Assembly (NCBI RefSeq): GCF_006345805.1
Contig: NC_042997.1
Location: 992,001-1,056,000 of the forward strand
Length of the DNA stretch: 64,000 bases
Source: Octopus sinensis
Taxonomy: Eukaryota
Direction of reading: 5' to 3'
Positions 38,620-50,192 of the stretch are shown here, piece after piece (the first letter of the stretch is position 1; each line of letters begins with the position of its first letter). The translations under genes were made by a program, and so were the position numbers. Under the pieces are notes generated by a model. It was not told where the DNA came from and ran no database searches. It was given only the letters and a program-made list of their open reading frames with translations.

Positions 38620-39500
38620 GTGTCAAAATGCGTCCCTTGACCAAGCTGGTATACATAAGGCCCATAACATTATAAGAATTGGAAGACAACTCCTTGAAGA
38701 ATACTCTTTGTCTGATAACCTAGAATACATACCCAACGAAGTCGTACAAATCTATTACAACGCATCATCTAGTAAGATCGATCATCAAATCAGTTTATCA
38801 TGGATCAATAACAGGAGTACTACTTCCTACTTCGAAGGCTATGCGTTTGCAATCTAGGAGCAGGAAATATCAACGAAATATCTGATGCACAAAGGCGATA
38901 CAGATGCAGGAAATGCAGTAAAATTTGATAGACATTGTGGAGTTAACATCGAAGATGTCACCTACAAGATAAGCAGCTGTCCGAAAATGTCATAACGGTA
39001 TTATCTATCGATAAGACATGATGTTGTAGCTAGGACACTCTATAATGAAATCCGTCGGAAGGATAATCCCGAGGACAAAGAAAGAAGAGCCCAAAGTATT
39101 GTAGAATATATAGCCACTCATAATAAACAGGAGTACTGTTAGAATATCCCAGTTAAGTCCTCAATAAAATGTAAGCACAACAGGCCTGATACAATGATTT
39201 GGGATTGAGAAGAGAAATTGTGCATAGTTTGTGTGGTAATTAACTGCCCAGCGGATGTTAACATAAAGCTGAAGAACAGTGAAAAAGAGAATACCCAGAT
39301 ACTCTATCCAGAAAAGAAGTTCAGATTTATACCTATAATTATTGGGGCCCTGGGATATGTAACACACTGCCTAAATATAAATCTTGAGAAATTTAGCTCC
39401 GCAAAACCAGAAAGGCGACAGCTAATTCGTAGACTTGAAAACAAATAGATCCCTGGAACCGTAAAAGATCTCTAAAACTTTGCAGAACGTTATCATTTAA
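38620..39500 (+). mobile_element. R4/Dong-clade LINE 3' part, same family as 22185-23365
   Basis: Nucleotide similarity to the 22185 copy; FEGYAFAI*EQEISTKYL, HNRPD, FIPIIIGALGYVTHCL. Confidence 0.9.
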
Positions 39501-39702
39501 ATATATTTGAGAATGTATACATATGCATGAGAAAACATATATAATGCAAAACATACAAACTGCACATTACATATATACATATACATGTATATGTATATTT
39601 GTATATGTATACACACACACATATATATATGTATATATATAAATACACACAAAATATTAAACCTCTGAGTTTGAATTAAGCAGTAGCAATACGGAATCGT
39701 AA

Positions 39703-39976
39703 AATATAATTGCCAACTAGATGTGGCGCCCCCCTAGAGGACGATGCTACTGTTGCTTTTAGCCCCAGGAGGACATCTTCTCCAGCTGGCTAACCGCACA
39801 CTGTCTGTGACCGATTAGTATTTGTGAGGGAAATAATCGTTCCCACCTCTAATACTAATGGAATATAGACAGTGTGTAATTAGCGAGCTGGAAGAGCTGT
39901 CGTCCTGAGGCTAAAACCAGCCGTAGCAGTAGCATCGTCCTCAATGGGACCGCCACGTTCAGTTGGCAATTATATT
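39703..39976. repeat. Fold-back element (~110-bp arms) related to the 43300 ribozyme unit
   Basis: aatataattgccaact...gaggacgatgctactg...ttttagccccagga...ctccagctggcta...cacactgtct vs its reverse complement ending agttggcaattatatt. Confidence 0.85.
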
Positions 39977-40012
39977 CTAAGATATATATATATTTATATA
40001 TTATATATATAT

Positions 40013-40895
40013 CAGGCTGAGTAAAAAGTAAACAACTTTTTGAGACGTAAAGAATTTGACTCGGATTTATGCAGAGTTTGGAATTTTTAAAAGCATTATT
40101 TTGCAATTTTCTGATAATAAAGACACACACTTGCCCAAATGAATCAATAAATGAACATTGATATTTTTTCACCGCTGTTACAATCATCTGAAATGGAACA
40201 TTCAACTTGCTATTCAACTTCAAAGAAGGACATTCAAAACGTAAAGATCCTGAACCTGCTCGCAATATCAACGAAATGTTCGGTGAGGAAATGAATCAGT
40301 GAGTGGTCAGTTCGAACATAGTTTAAACGATTTCGCTGTGAAGACCTGAGACGTGAAGACCATGAGCGAAGTGGACGCACATCTATCATCGATGACAGTC
40401 AATTAAAGACCATCATTGAGAAAGATCCACGTAAAACCACTCGAGAACTTCAGGTTAGCCACAACACCGCCTGTAACCGTCTGCATGCGATTGCAAAATC
40501 CAAAATCCTCGACAAATCGGCACCATATAGTTTGAATGAAAATCAGAAAATGTACAGATATGAAATTTGCTCATCGCTTCTTCTTCTTAACCAGACCAAT
40601 TCATTTCTCGACCATTCTGTTACTTGCGATGAAAAGTGGATTCTGTACAAAAATAAAATCATTCTTCGCAGTGGTTGGACTAAAATGAAGCGCCAATGAC
40701 CTTCCCTAAACTCGAGCTCTTCAAACTGGGGGTATACTGCTGGACTCATTCACTATAACGTCTTAAAATCCTGGAAAAAAAACATTACTGTTTAAAGATA
40801 TTGCCATGAAATTGATTGTCGAAATGAACGAAAACCTGCTACTCCTCCGTCGCAGATTGGTCAACAGAAGAGGGTCAATCATTCTTCATGAAAAT
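40013..40895 (+). mobile_element. Mariner transposon, decayed and 3'-truncated
   Basis: ARNINEMFGEE, DHERSGRTSIIDDSQLKTIIEKDPRKTTREL, FLDHSVTCDEKWILY, IILHENV. Confidence 0.85.
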
Positions 40896-40949
40896 GTAAA
40901 CTGCCAGAGAGATTCAAAAGAAACTTCACTACATGCAGCAGCAGAATGT

Positions 40950-41750
40950 CTACATTTTATCATTTAACCCAAGCTCATAAAGAAGGACCAGTCTTCCACA
41001 TCAAGGTTGGAATCTTCTATGAAATGAACCAGCACATTAATTTCACCATTGGAAACATAAACAAGGATGACCCCTTCACCTCTATTTGCTCGAGTTCGGT
41101 TAAGCATCACGGACAGAGTAAGATTCGATATGGTGTTCTACCGAAAGGCAACCTACTCAGATCACATTGTTTCTTAAAAAATCAGCCCGCCCCGTCAGGA
41201 CATATTCGCTACATACGAAATGAGATCACCTGTATAGAGGCAGCAGATGCAGCGACAGCGCCAACTGGGACACACCGGTTGCACAGTTCCTCAAGATTGG
41301 AATCAATGGAGACTCAGCTTCTGAGACGAACATCTTACACAAACATAAACCAAATATGCAGGTCTTTAGGTGCTACTACCTGAGGATTCCCCATTTCAAC
41401 GAGCGGACCACATTTGACAGCCATAAGGCTATTTGCAAATAAGGCCTCGACGTCATGCTAGACAATCAGGACCGTCCTTACACGGGACAGTGGACCTGTA
41501 AACTGGCGCACTGTCCTATCTGCGACACGAGAAAGTGTCTGCGAACATGCATGGTATACCAGATACAGTGTTACAAATACTGCGACCACTACATCAAGAG
41601 TATGATCTAACCGATTCAGATCCAACTGAAAAACACCTGAAAAGCACATCATCAAATGCGGTAACGCCATCAACGAGATAGATGCTATACTGTATTTCTC
41701 TTCGCTTCCCTCTGACTTAAACCAATGATCAATAGTTGATCGGTTGGGCT
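40950..41750 (+). mobile_element. Possible L1/Tx1-type ORF2 C-terminus, decayed
   Basis: CPIC...ES..EHAW across a frameshift at ~41510-41560 resembles the zf-RVT motif; little else is recognisable. Confidence 0.4.
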
Positions 41751-42239
41751 GGTGGCTCTTATAATTAACAACCGCCCCGTAAATCGTTGCCACCAGTATC
41801 AACATCATTATCAATACGGCAGTGATTGGTACTGTTGCCTGGCTGAACCATATTCACCAGAGCCGCTGCCTGCTGCGATGAGGATTTATGCCGTAGCCAC
41901 CGACTTGTCAACGATGAATACAAGGACATATACCACCAAAGTTATCACCGATTACTGACACATGTACAACATCGGTCAATGTAGACAACCACTGTCACCA
42001 CCATTGTAAGCACCACGGTACTAATAACATTATCATTTAGGGAGTAGCTGCTGTTAATATGGCTACCGGACTAAAACGGGATCACTGTTCATTCGTCTAT
42101 CCAAATGGCAAGATCTACGTACACAAAAATTTCTGTAACTACCATTCTGTAGATAATACCTTGCGCATGAAACATATAGGGATTTTCAACTTACCTCTCT
42201 GCATTACTGGAAGGTTTCCTAAGTAATATTTTCGCTTAT

Positions 42240-42392
<153 letters not shown>

Positions 42393-42492
42393 TATTCTGA
42401 TTTAGGATAAAATCTTTTTCAAAAACATTTCATCAGTGGCCAGTATATTAAAATACCTTTGAAGGTGAAAATTATAAACGATTATACATAAG

Positions 42493-42841
42493 GGCAAAAG
42501 AAAAAAAAAATTCTATGTCAATATGCTGAGAAGTAGACTCTATATCATGAATCACCACATCCAATATTTTTCACTATGTATACACAATGGGTTGAAAACG
42601 AGGAAAGAAAGCTAACAGAAAATTTAAAAAATTTCGTTATCACCGAATCGGACCGCGTTCTGGACTAATCCATAAAGAATTTTCCTTCATCAGCAGAAAA
42701 CAAGATAAAAAATAATTTCTGTTAGCTTGCTTTCTTCGTTTTCAACACGCTGTGTACTTATAGTGAAAAATATTGTATGTGGTGATTGACGATATAAAGT
42801 CTATTTCTCAGCATATTGGTTTAGAATATTTTTCTTTTGCC
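42493..42841. repeat. Inverted repeat (~125-bp arms) around a decayed hammerhead-like spacer
   Basis: 42493-42621 vs reverse complement of 42716-42841. Spacer on the minus strand: CTGATGA AGGA...TCC AGAAC GCG GTC. Confidence 0.8.
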
Positions 42842-43075
42842 AGTAAACATTCAAGTATGTCTATTTATTCAATTGTATTGAATGAATACACACGCATGTA
42901 TGTGTGATACAGATTAGCGAGTGGAAAAAGCTGGTAACTGCATAGGCAAAGGTGTGAATACATATAAGTATAAGTATAAAGAAAGAAATGAGCAACTGAG
43001 AAAATAAGCAAAAATATAAATGTGTGTGCAGGTTCTATTTCCTTACGGCAGTTTCTGCCAAGAGGCAACAAAATC
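42830..43075 (-). repeat. Unclassified ~240-bp interspersed repeat, copy 1
   Basis: Reverse complement matches 49950-50192. Confidence 0.8.
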
Positions 43076-43084
43076 TATTGTCCT

Positions 43085-43299
43085 AAACAACGCTCTTATT
43101 TTCGCCAGGAAATACTCTAACGTAAAATGAGGGAGTTAAACTTTATACACACCTTCCGTAAAGCTGTGATCGAATTTGATTACCAACTTTGGGCAAGGAA
43201 TAATACCCTAGATCTCTTTGATATCACAATGGGCTCACCAGACTCTGCGGAAGCGACGGAGCTAGTAGGATTATACATCACAGACAATATAAGTAGGTA
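43085..43299 (+). mobile_element. Penelope-like RT, 5' piece (interrupted)
   Basis: LFDITMGSPDSAEATELVGLYI (cf. FDVTMGSYDGAEVCELVGLY of PLE RTs). Confidence 0.9.
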
Positions 43300-43455
43300 T
43301 ACTTGCCATCTCAATATGGCTAACCACTAAGGGTGGGTGTTACTGTAGTTGTAGCCCCAGGAGAACATCGTCTCCAGCTGGCTATCGACACATTTTCTGT
43401 GCCCTATCGGTATTTGCAAAGGGAGGTCATCCTTCCCTCGTCAACCTAAGTGATA

Positions 43456-43499
43456 CGCACGGACTGCAGTTTCTGGGTTTTGACCGTCTTCAGCGTACG
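43456..43499 (-). ncRNA. Minimal type I hammerhead ribozyme, copy A
   Basis: Minus strand CGTACG-CTGAAGA-CGGTCAAAACCCA-GAAA-CTGCAG-TC-CGTGCG. 6-bp stem I, palindrome ACTGCAGT, GUC triplet; stem II weakened by a 1-nt loss. Confidence 0.8.
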
Positions 43500-43892
43500 A
43501 CAATTACCGGTTTTCGATGAAAGGAGTTCCTAATGCAAATATTATTATACTTTTTCCAGTAACTCTACGTCACTGATCTCGAAAAGTGTATACAAGCAAT
43601 AATAAATCTCTGAATGAGGTATAAACAGTAACTGCACGACAATGTGAGGTATACTTGCCATCTCAAAATGCCTAACCACTAAGGGCGGGTGTTACTGTAG
43701 CTTGCATCCCCAGGAAAACATCGTCTCCAGCTGGCTATCGACACATTTTCTGTGCTCAGTTACTGTTTATACCTCGTTCAGAGATTTATTATTGATTGTA
43801 TAAAATTTTTCGAGATCAGTGACATAGAGTTACTGGAAAAAGTATAATAATATTTGCATTAGGCACTCCTTTCATTGAAAACCGGTGATTGT

Positions 43893-43937
43893 CATACGCT
43901 GAAGACGGGTCAAAACTCAGAAACTGCAGTCCGTGCG
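43893..43937 (+). ncRNA. Minimal type I hammerhead ribozyme, copy B
   Basis: CATACG-CTGAAGA(43899-905)-CGGGT caaa ACTCA-GAAA(43920-23)-CTGCAG-TC-CGTGCG. Predicted cut after C43931. Confidence 0.85.
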
Positions 43938-44166
43938 TATCACTTAGGTTTACGAGGGAAGGATGACCTCCTTTTGCAAATACCGATAGGGCACAGAAAA
44001 TATGTCGATAGCCAGCTGGAGACGATGTTCTCCTGGGGCTACAAGCTACAGTAACACTCATCCTTAGTGGTTAGCTATATTGAGATGGCAAGTATACCTC
44101 ACATTGTCTGTGCAGTTACTGTTTATACCTCGTTCAGAGATTTATTATTGCTAATATAAGTAGGTA

Positions 44167-44580
44167 ATTCCCAGAATTAAGGCGAAGTCTATATAGGGAC
44201 GACGCACTCTTTATAGTTAGGAACCACTCGAATAGCCTTGAATTATTAAAGAAACGTCTACGTAAGTTCTTCAATTGATTTGACCTCTCTGTAACAATAG
44301 AAAACGAAAACTACTCAAACAACTATTTAGACGTAAACTGCAACTTAAACACCGGACTCCATGAACCTTATATGAAAGAAAGCTCTAACTTATGGTATAA
44401 AATAATTCTAGTAAACATCCTCAACGAATAAAGGGAGCCCTTTTATGGAATATATGTAAAAGGATCTCAGACCTTGCCTCAAATGAAGAGATTTTTGATA
44501 AACATAAGGATAGGTATAATATAGCACAAAAATGCAGGATATAAGGGTAAAATTAAATACTACCACTGAAACATTAATGG
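44167..44580 (+). mobile_element. Penelope-like RT, 3' piece
   Basis: Resumes after the TSD: SLYRDDALF, NYLDVNCNLNTG..EPYMK, SKHP, KRISDLASNEEIF, AGYKGKIKY. Confidence 0.9.
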
Positions 44581-44649
44581 TAATATGAAGAATAATGTAG
44601 ATAATAATGGTGTTAGTATTAATACCAGTTACAATAGGCATGACTTTGA

Positions 44650-44653
44650 CACA

Positions 44654-44691
<38 letters not shown>

Positions 44692-44748
44692 CAACAACAA
44701 CAACAACAACAATAATAAGAAGAAGAAGAACAATAATAATAATAAATA
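44650..44748. repeat. (AAT)(AAC)(AAG) compound trinucleotide repeat
   Basis: Directly visible. Confidence 0.95.
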
Positions 44749-44854
44749 TTGTTTTGCCTTGGTATATAATATTCTGCTCAATACCACAGATTTGCTTGTC
44801 AGTTGCTTGATCTTAACAAGTTGATTTAGTGGCTGACGATATTTACATCTATGA

Positions 44855-45205
44855 CGACAGCCAGAAGTAGTGGGGGAGCATCATAGCCGTGTGTTGAAAG
44901 GAATTCTTGGAGGCTTGGATAATTCAACTTTGGAAACATGGGTGGTTCGTTCAACATCCTTAAACAATCCTTATTCATGGACCTTTTGAGCGCGATGGGC
45001 TACTCGACCAGAAGAAAGTTCTAACTGGGCTTCACCTGCAAGATCGTGCACTGTTTATCTTGATACGAGATCATCATGTCGCGCAAAAATGGTTGCGATG
45101 CATGTGCCTGGAATAACCTTATCAGACGGGGAGTCATGATGGGTATACTGAGCTTCGTATATTTTACCCTAGTGTCACTTTGATGGCATGCACCGCCCTC
45201 TCATT

Positions 45206-45206
<1 letters not shown>
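44855..45206 (+). mobile_element. Unclassified non-coding retroposon-like segment ending in an (AAT)n tail
   Basis: GC-richer ~350-bp non-coding block ending gcaccgccctctcattc-aataataat; resembles a recalled high-copy octopus repeat (not verified). Confidence 0.4.
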
Positions 45207-45377
<171 letters not shown>

Positions 45378-45429
45378 GATGTTGAAAAACTTGTTGAAAA
45401 ACAGGATGCAAAAACCTGTTGAAAAACAG

Positions 45430-45945
45430 GAAAACCGAAAAAACTTCACTCTATTCTGAAAGAAAGCAAAGAATTCGCTACTGATCTCTTAGATACCTAC
45501 CAGATTGATCAGGTTGAAGGAAATGCGCACACTGCTGCTGCAAAGAACATAACATTTTTTGTAAAGACAAAAGCACATGAAAAATTAGCTAGCAGATGGG
45601 AATAGAAACCTCTGCATGGCAAGTATGTGGCCCGTAGCAAACAAACCAGTATCGACCAGAAACACACGCATCAATTGTTACGAAGCTCAGGGCTAAAAAC
45701 AGAGACTGAAGGTTTTATATTAGCTGCTCAAGACCAAAGCTTATTAATCCGGAACTACCAAGCCAATGTGATAGAAAAATGGAGCTGACTCAAAATGCTG
45801 ATTCTACACCGATGAGATTGAAACTATAGACCACCCAATCTCAGGCTGTAGAGTCTTAGCACCTGTAGAATATAAAGCAAGACATGACAGACTCGGCTAG
45901 TATTTACACTGGACAATATGTCGGAATTATAAAATCAAAACAGAT
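45430..45945 (+). mobile_element. R4/Dong-clade LINE fragment, second subfamily
   Basis: KPLHGKY, LRSSGLKTETEGFILAAQDQSL..RNYQANVI, ETIDHPISGCRVLAPVEYKARHD, YLHWTIC. Confidence 0.88.
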
Positions 45946-46405
45946 TTATCTGCCAAGAAAAGAGGGAGGCCGTGGACTTTTACAACTGGCATCAACAATG
46001 AAGATTGCCACAATTGGCCTAGACACCTACCTGAAAATCTCTGAGGACTGGATGTTAAAATATGAAATGAAAGCATCATACTCAGTAATAAAAAGGCAGA
46101 GGACTATCTAAATAAATTCCAAATACAACAAATTCCGGAATTAGACATACAAGAAACAAGTGCAAAAGAAGCTAAACGCATGAAGAACCGTGCTAAAACT
46201 GCTGCCTTAGATATTCTGACCGGTAATGGCAAGAAAACCCTCTTAATGGCAAATATCCAAAGAGAACGAATAATGCCGATGTTAACAAAGCCCTTACCCA
46301 TGAGTAGCTAATGGCGTCTGGCTTAAAATCTGAAACAGAAGGGTTTATCATAGCAGCCCAAGATCAATGCCAACCTACAAGGAACTACCAGGCCAATATA
46401 TTAAA
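45946..46405 (+). mobile_element. R4/Dong-clade LINE fragment, third subfamily
   Basis: IYLPRKEGGRGLLQL, MASGLKSETEGFIIAAQDQC..TRNYQANIL. Covers the same protein region as the preceding fragment but differs in sequence. Confidence 0.88.
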
Positions 46406-46413
46406 CACATACA

Positions 46414-46457
<44 letters not shown>

Positions 46458-46470
46458 AACACATGCACAT

Positions 46471-46520
<50 letters not shown>
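46406..46520. repeat. (CA)n(TA)n microsatellite
   Basis: Directly visible. Confidence 0.95.
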
Positions 46521-46523
<3 letters not shown>

Positions 46524-46754
46524 TTTACTACAACCAGTGGCCGCTGAGATCGCTGCTTTGAAAAGAAGCAATTCAACTTTTTCTATTTGTAATTACTGAT
46601 AGAAAAAACAATAATATATATATTCACACATACACACACAGGAACACACACACACATATTATTGTTTTTTCTATCAGTAATTACAAATAGAAAAAGTTGA
46701 ATTGCTTCTTTTCAAGGCAGCGCTCTCAGCGGCCACTGTTAGTAGTAAACACAT
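46519..46754. repeat. Near-perfect fold-back element (~99-bp arms, CA-rich spacer)
   Basis: 46519-46617 vs reverse complement of 46656-46754; the central ~60 bp of the arms are identical. Confidence 0.92.
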
Positions 46755-47199
46755 TTGGCCTCTGTTGACCCAAAGGTTTCGAAGATTCGTTTGTCTCTAT
46801 GGCCGACCTCTCCAATTTCTGCCAAATCTGTTTATAGACTTGTGGATATGATCTATTTCCTTCAACAATGGTAGTGGTGGTGAGGGTGATAATAACAAAA
46901 GTAATAAAACTAATAATAATATGCTGCGGCTGCTGATACTAAATACTGCTAATACTACAATAATACTGCAACTACTAATATTATGATAGCACAGGAATAT
47001 CAGGCCCAACTACCACCCTTACCATTGCCCCCATCCCTGCCCCTATTGTGTTGCTGCAAACACTGCTGCTACTACACATAAAAACAACAATATCAGTGAT
47101 AACAGTGATAATAATAATAATGTGGTAGTTTACTTGATAAGAGACATATAGATAATCTAAAAGAAGACAATAAACTAATGGTGACATGACAGATGGACA

Positions 47200-47640
47200 A
47201 AAAGCTACGATAGATTAAATGTAAGACTACAAGAGAACGATAGCGACATTATTTGCAGCCTTAAAAAGGTTATTCGACGGAAATTGAACCAAGAAACGAA
47301 AAATGTCAATGAAATTCTGAAATACGTTAGAAGAAACAACATCACAGAAACAAATAATTTAATCAAGGTAGCAAGTATTGTTGTATCAGAAAATGTAGGT
47401 GTTGATGTTAAGAAAAAGAAACATAATGGGAGTGACAAAAGAAAAGGTCCATGGAGAAGAAGAATCCAGGCAGGGTTAGACATGCTCTGGAAGGAAATCT
47501 CTGTGTTAGACCGAAAAGAGAAAGGGGAGCTTAAAAGCGAATAAAAATACAGGGCGCTGGAAACGAAGTATAATATTGAAAGAAAATGCCTGAAGGTTGT
47601 ATTGGAGGAACTAAAACACCGCCTTGTTAAAAAGAAAACA
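47200..47640 (+). mobile_element. R4/Dong-clade LINE N-terminal fragment
   Basis: VNEILKYVRRNNITETNNLIKVASIVVSENVG...PWRRRIQ...LE.KYNI...LEELK.RL. Confidence 0.8.
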
Positions 47641-48692
47641 CAAGTGTGACTAGATATTCGTACTTACCAGCAGAAGGTAATTTAAATGCACCCAAACACT
47701 AACCATAACAGTCTAAGATATTACCCTTACTATAGCCGATATAACCCCCAACTATAAATATAAATGTAAAACCTTATGAACCATCGGATAATATATTGTA
47801 GCTCAACTACCTGATACATCGAAACCCATATTTGCTTACACTCCCAAGCTGATACCTGTATTTAAACACGAACGCCCCCTAACTGTTTGTTAGAATTGAT
47901 ATAACCTCTTCCCTACTATTAAATATATTAAATTAATTAAAATGCACGGATTAACAACGTATACACATCCATGTCAACACTTTCATTTAGTACCCACTTA
48001 CAAAAACCCGTAATTAGTACTCTAATGCACTGTCACTCCTTGACCATTTAATATTCTATATCATACTGGTATGCGATTCAGTACTGAATATCTACAGGTA
48101 AGCACAACACTTAGATATCCAACGACCATGCAAACAATTAGCATTTGTCCATTCTGGTCCTATCTTCTCCTTATTTATAAATTCCTCACTTGTGTTTCGT
48201 CAGCCTAAAGATTCCCAACCCACCTCCAATCTGACTAAAAATACTCGCTGATTAAACATACACACTAGATATATTATAAGGAAAAACACTATCCACTCGT
48301 ATTAGTTCTCCTTCGATAGATAATCCCCCCATCCTTAACTAAAACTAACAAGAACACCCTTATATTACTGTTCATGTTGTTGTTATTATTTATTGATGTT
48401 TAAAACCGTATTCATACTTACTCTTATATATATATATACTATTATTTTATCTTATCTGATCTGTTTCTCATCCCTACGTTTTTGGTTATTTATTTTTGTT
48501 TATTTGTTTACAAAAATAATCGCTAATTAGATACGTTACCCGAAATATACTACTAGAAAACACAATCTGCATTCACTAACAACTCCAGTGTTAGAATTTT
48601 ACCTGAAACACACTTATATTATTGTTGTTGTTGCCATTACCGTTGTTACGATTGTAGTTATTACTGTTATTGTTATTGACATTTCGTACGTA

Positions 48693-49069
48693 TACTCTTT
48701 TACTTGTTTCAGTCATTTGACTGCGGCCATGCTGGAGCACCGCCTTTAGTCGAGCAAATCGACCCCGGGACTTATTCTTTGTAAGCCCAGTACTTATTCT
48801 ATCGGTCTCTTTTTGCCGAACCGCTAATTGACGTGGACGTAAACACACCAGCATCGGTTGTCAAGCAATGCTAGGGGGACAAACACAGACACATGCACAT
48901 ATATATATATATATACATATATACGACAGGCTTCTTTCAGTTTCCGTCTACCAAATCCACTCACAAGGCATTGGTGGGTCCGGGGCTATAGCAGAAGACA
49001 CTTGCCAAAGATGCCACGCAGTGGGATTGAACCCAGAACCATGTGGTTGGTTAGCAAGCTACTTACCAC
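48693..49069 (-). mobile_element. tRNA-derived SINE, near full length
   Basis: Same family as 15893-16296. Confidence 0.9.
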
Positions 49070-49669
49070 CTACAGTTATTTATTAGTTTATTCATTTATT
49101 TATATTATTATTTCGTCCTTAATGATTCTTATCCCATAGTTTTACTTTAGTTGTTTTACCTGTTTTATTTGTTTTATTTTGTTCGTTTACTTATCCTGGT
49201 TGCTATAACCAATGTTTTCAAATAAGAGCTGAGCAATTGGGTTGTAGGAGTGACCATGACCTCACCCCAATACGCATAGATGTTTCGAGATTAGTTGATC
49301 GGCAAGAAAGTAACGAACACTAACATCACATCTTAACTTCACCTAGTTTTCTCTCATTGATACACTCATATACTAAATTTCCCATGTTGGGTTCATTATA
49401 AGTTGTTTATGGCATACCATCTGCAACGCTACACCTACTAAATTGCATTTTACATATATACTTTCATCCCTGTAGCATGGACCATGCCATCAAACCCACC
49501 ACTAAAGTTCTATAGAAACACTATGAGAACTACTGCCTAAAATAATCCCTCCTGAAAGAATTCCTCCTGAAAATGACTATATTCACCTACCCACCATTGG
49601 ATGTAATACCATGGATTTTATAAATACTTTACGGGAAGTCTTCTGTATTTCGCTTGTATTCTTGTTTTT

Positions 49670-49735
49670 GCTCTTCTTCTTCTTCTTCTTCTTCTTCTTC
49701 TTCTTCTTCTTCTTCTTCTTCTTCTTCTTCTTCTT

Positions 49736-49766
<31 letters not shown>

Positions 49767-49767
49767 A
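49670..49767. repeat. (TTC)n microsatellite
   Basis: Directly visible. Confidence 0.97.
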
Positions 49768-49949
49768 TCTACTCTATTTAAAAGGATAAGCACACCTTAT
49801 CTATTCTTAACTGACTTTTTTTAACTGACTTTTATATGTGTTACTCCTCACCCAACTACTTAGACCCTCTGAAGTAACCTAGGGGCACATCTATTATCAA
49901 AGCCGTGTCTGTTCATCCCTGCATAGCATTGAAGTGACAGAGATAACCT

Positions 49950-50192
49950 GTACGATTTTATTGCCTCGTGGCAGAAACGGTCGTAAGGAAACTGTGCCTG
50001 CATACCCATTTATATTTTTTCTCATTTGCTCAGTTGCTCATTTGTCTCTATATACTTATACTTACATATATCCACACCCTTGTCTATGCAGTTACCAACT
50101 TTTTAATCTGTATCGCTCATACATGTGTTTGTATTCATTCAATACAATTGAATACATAGAGAATACATAGACATACTTCAATGTTTACTGGC
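49950..50192 (+). repeat. Unclassified ~240-bp interspersed repeat, copy 2
   Basis: Matches the reverse complement of 42830-43075. Confidence 0.8.

Larger units (their letters stand above)
43300..44152. mobile_element. Retrozyme-like insert: ~352-bp hammerhead-containing unit, ~1.3 copies plus ~1.1 inverted copies, 14-bp TSD
   Basis: TSD aatataagtaggta at 43286-43299 and 44153-44166. Unit start tacttgccatctc at 43300 and 43652. 43757-44152 is the reverse complement of unit sequence. Confidence 0.9.

Noticed and set aside
42405-42445. Minus-strand CTGATGA aatgttttt GAAA
   Set aside because: No credible stem II or III.
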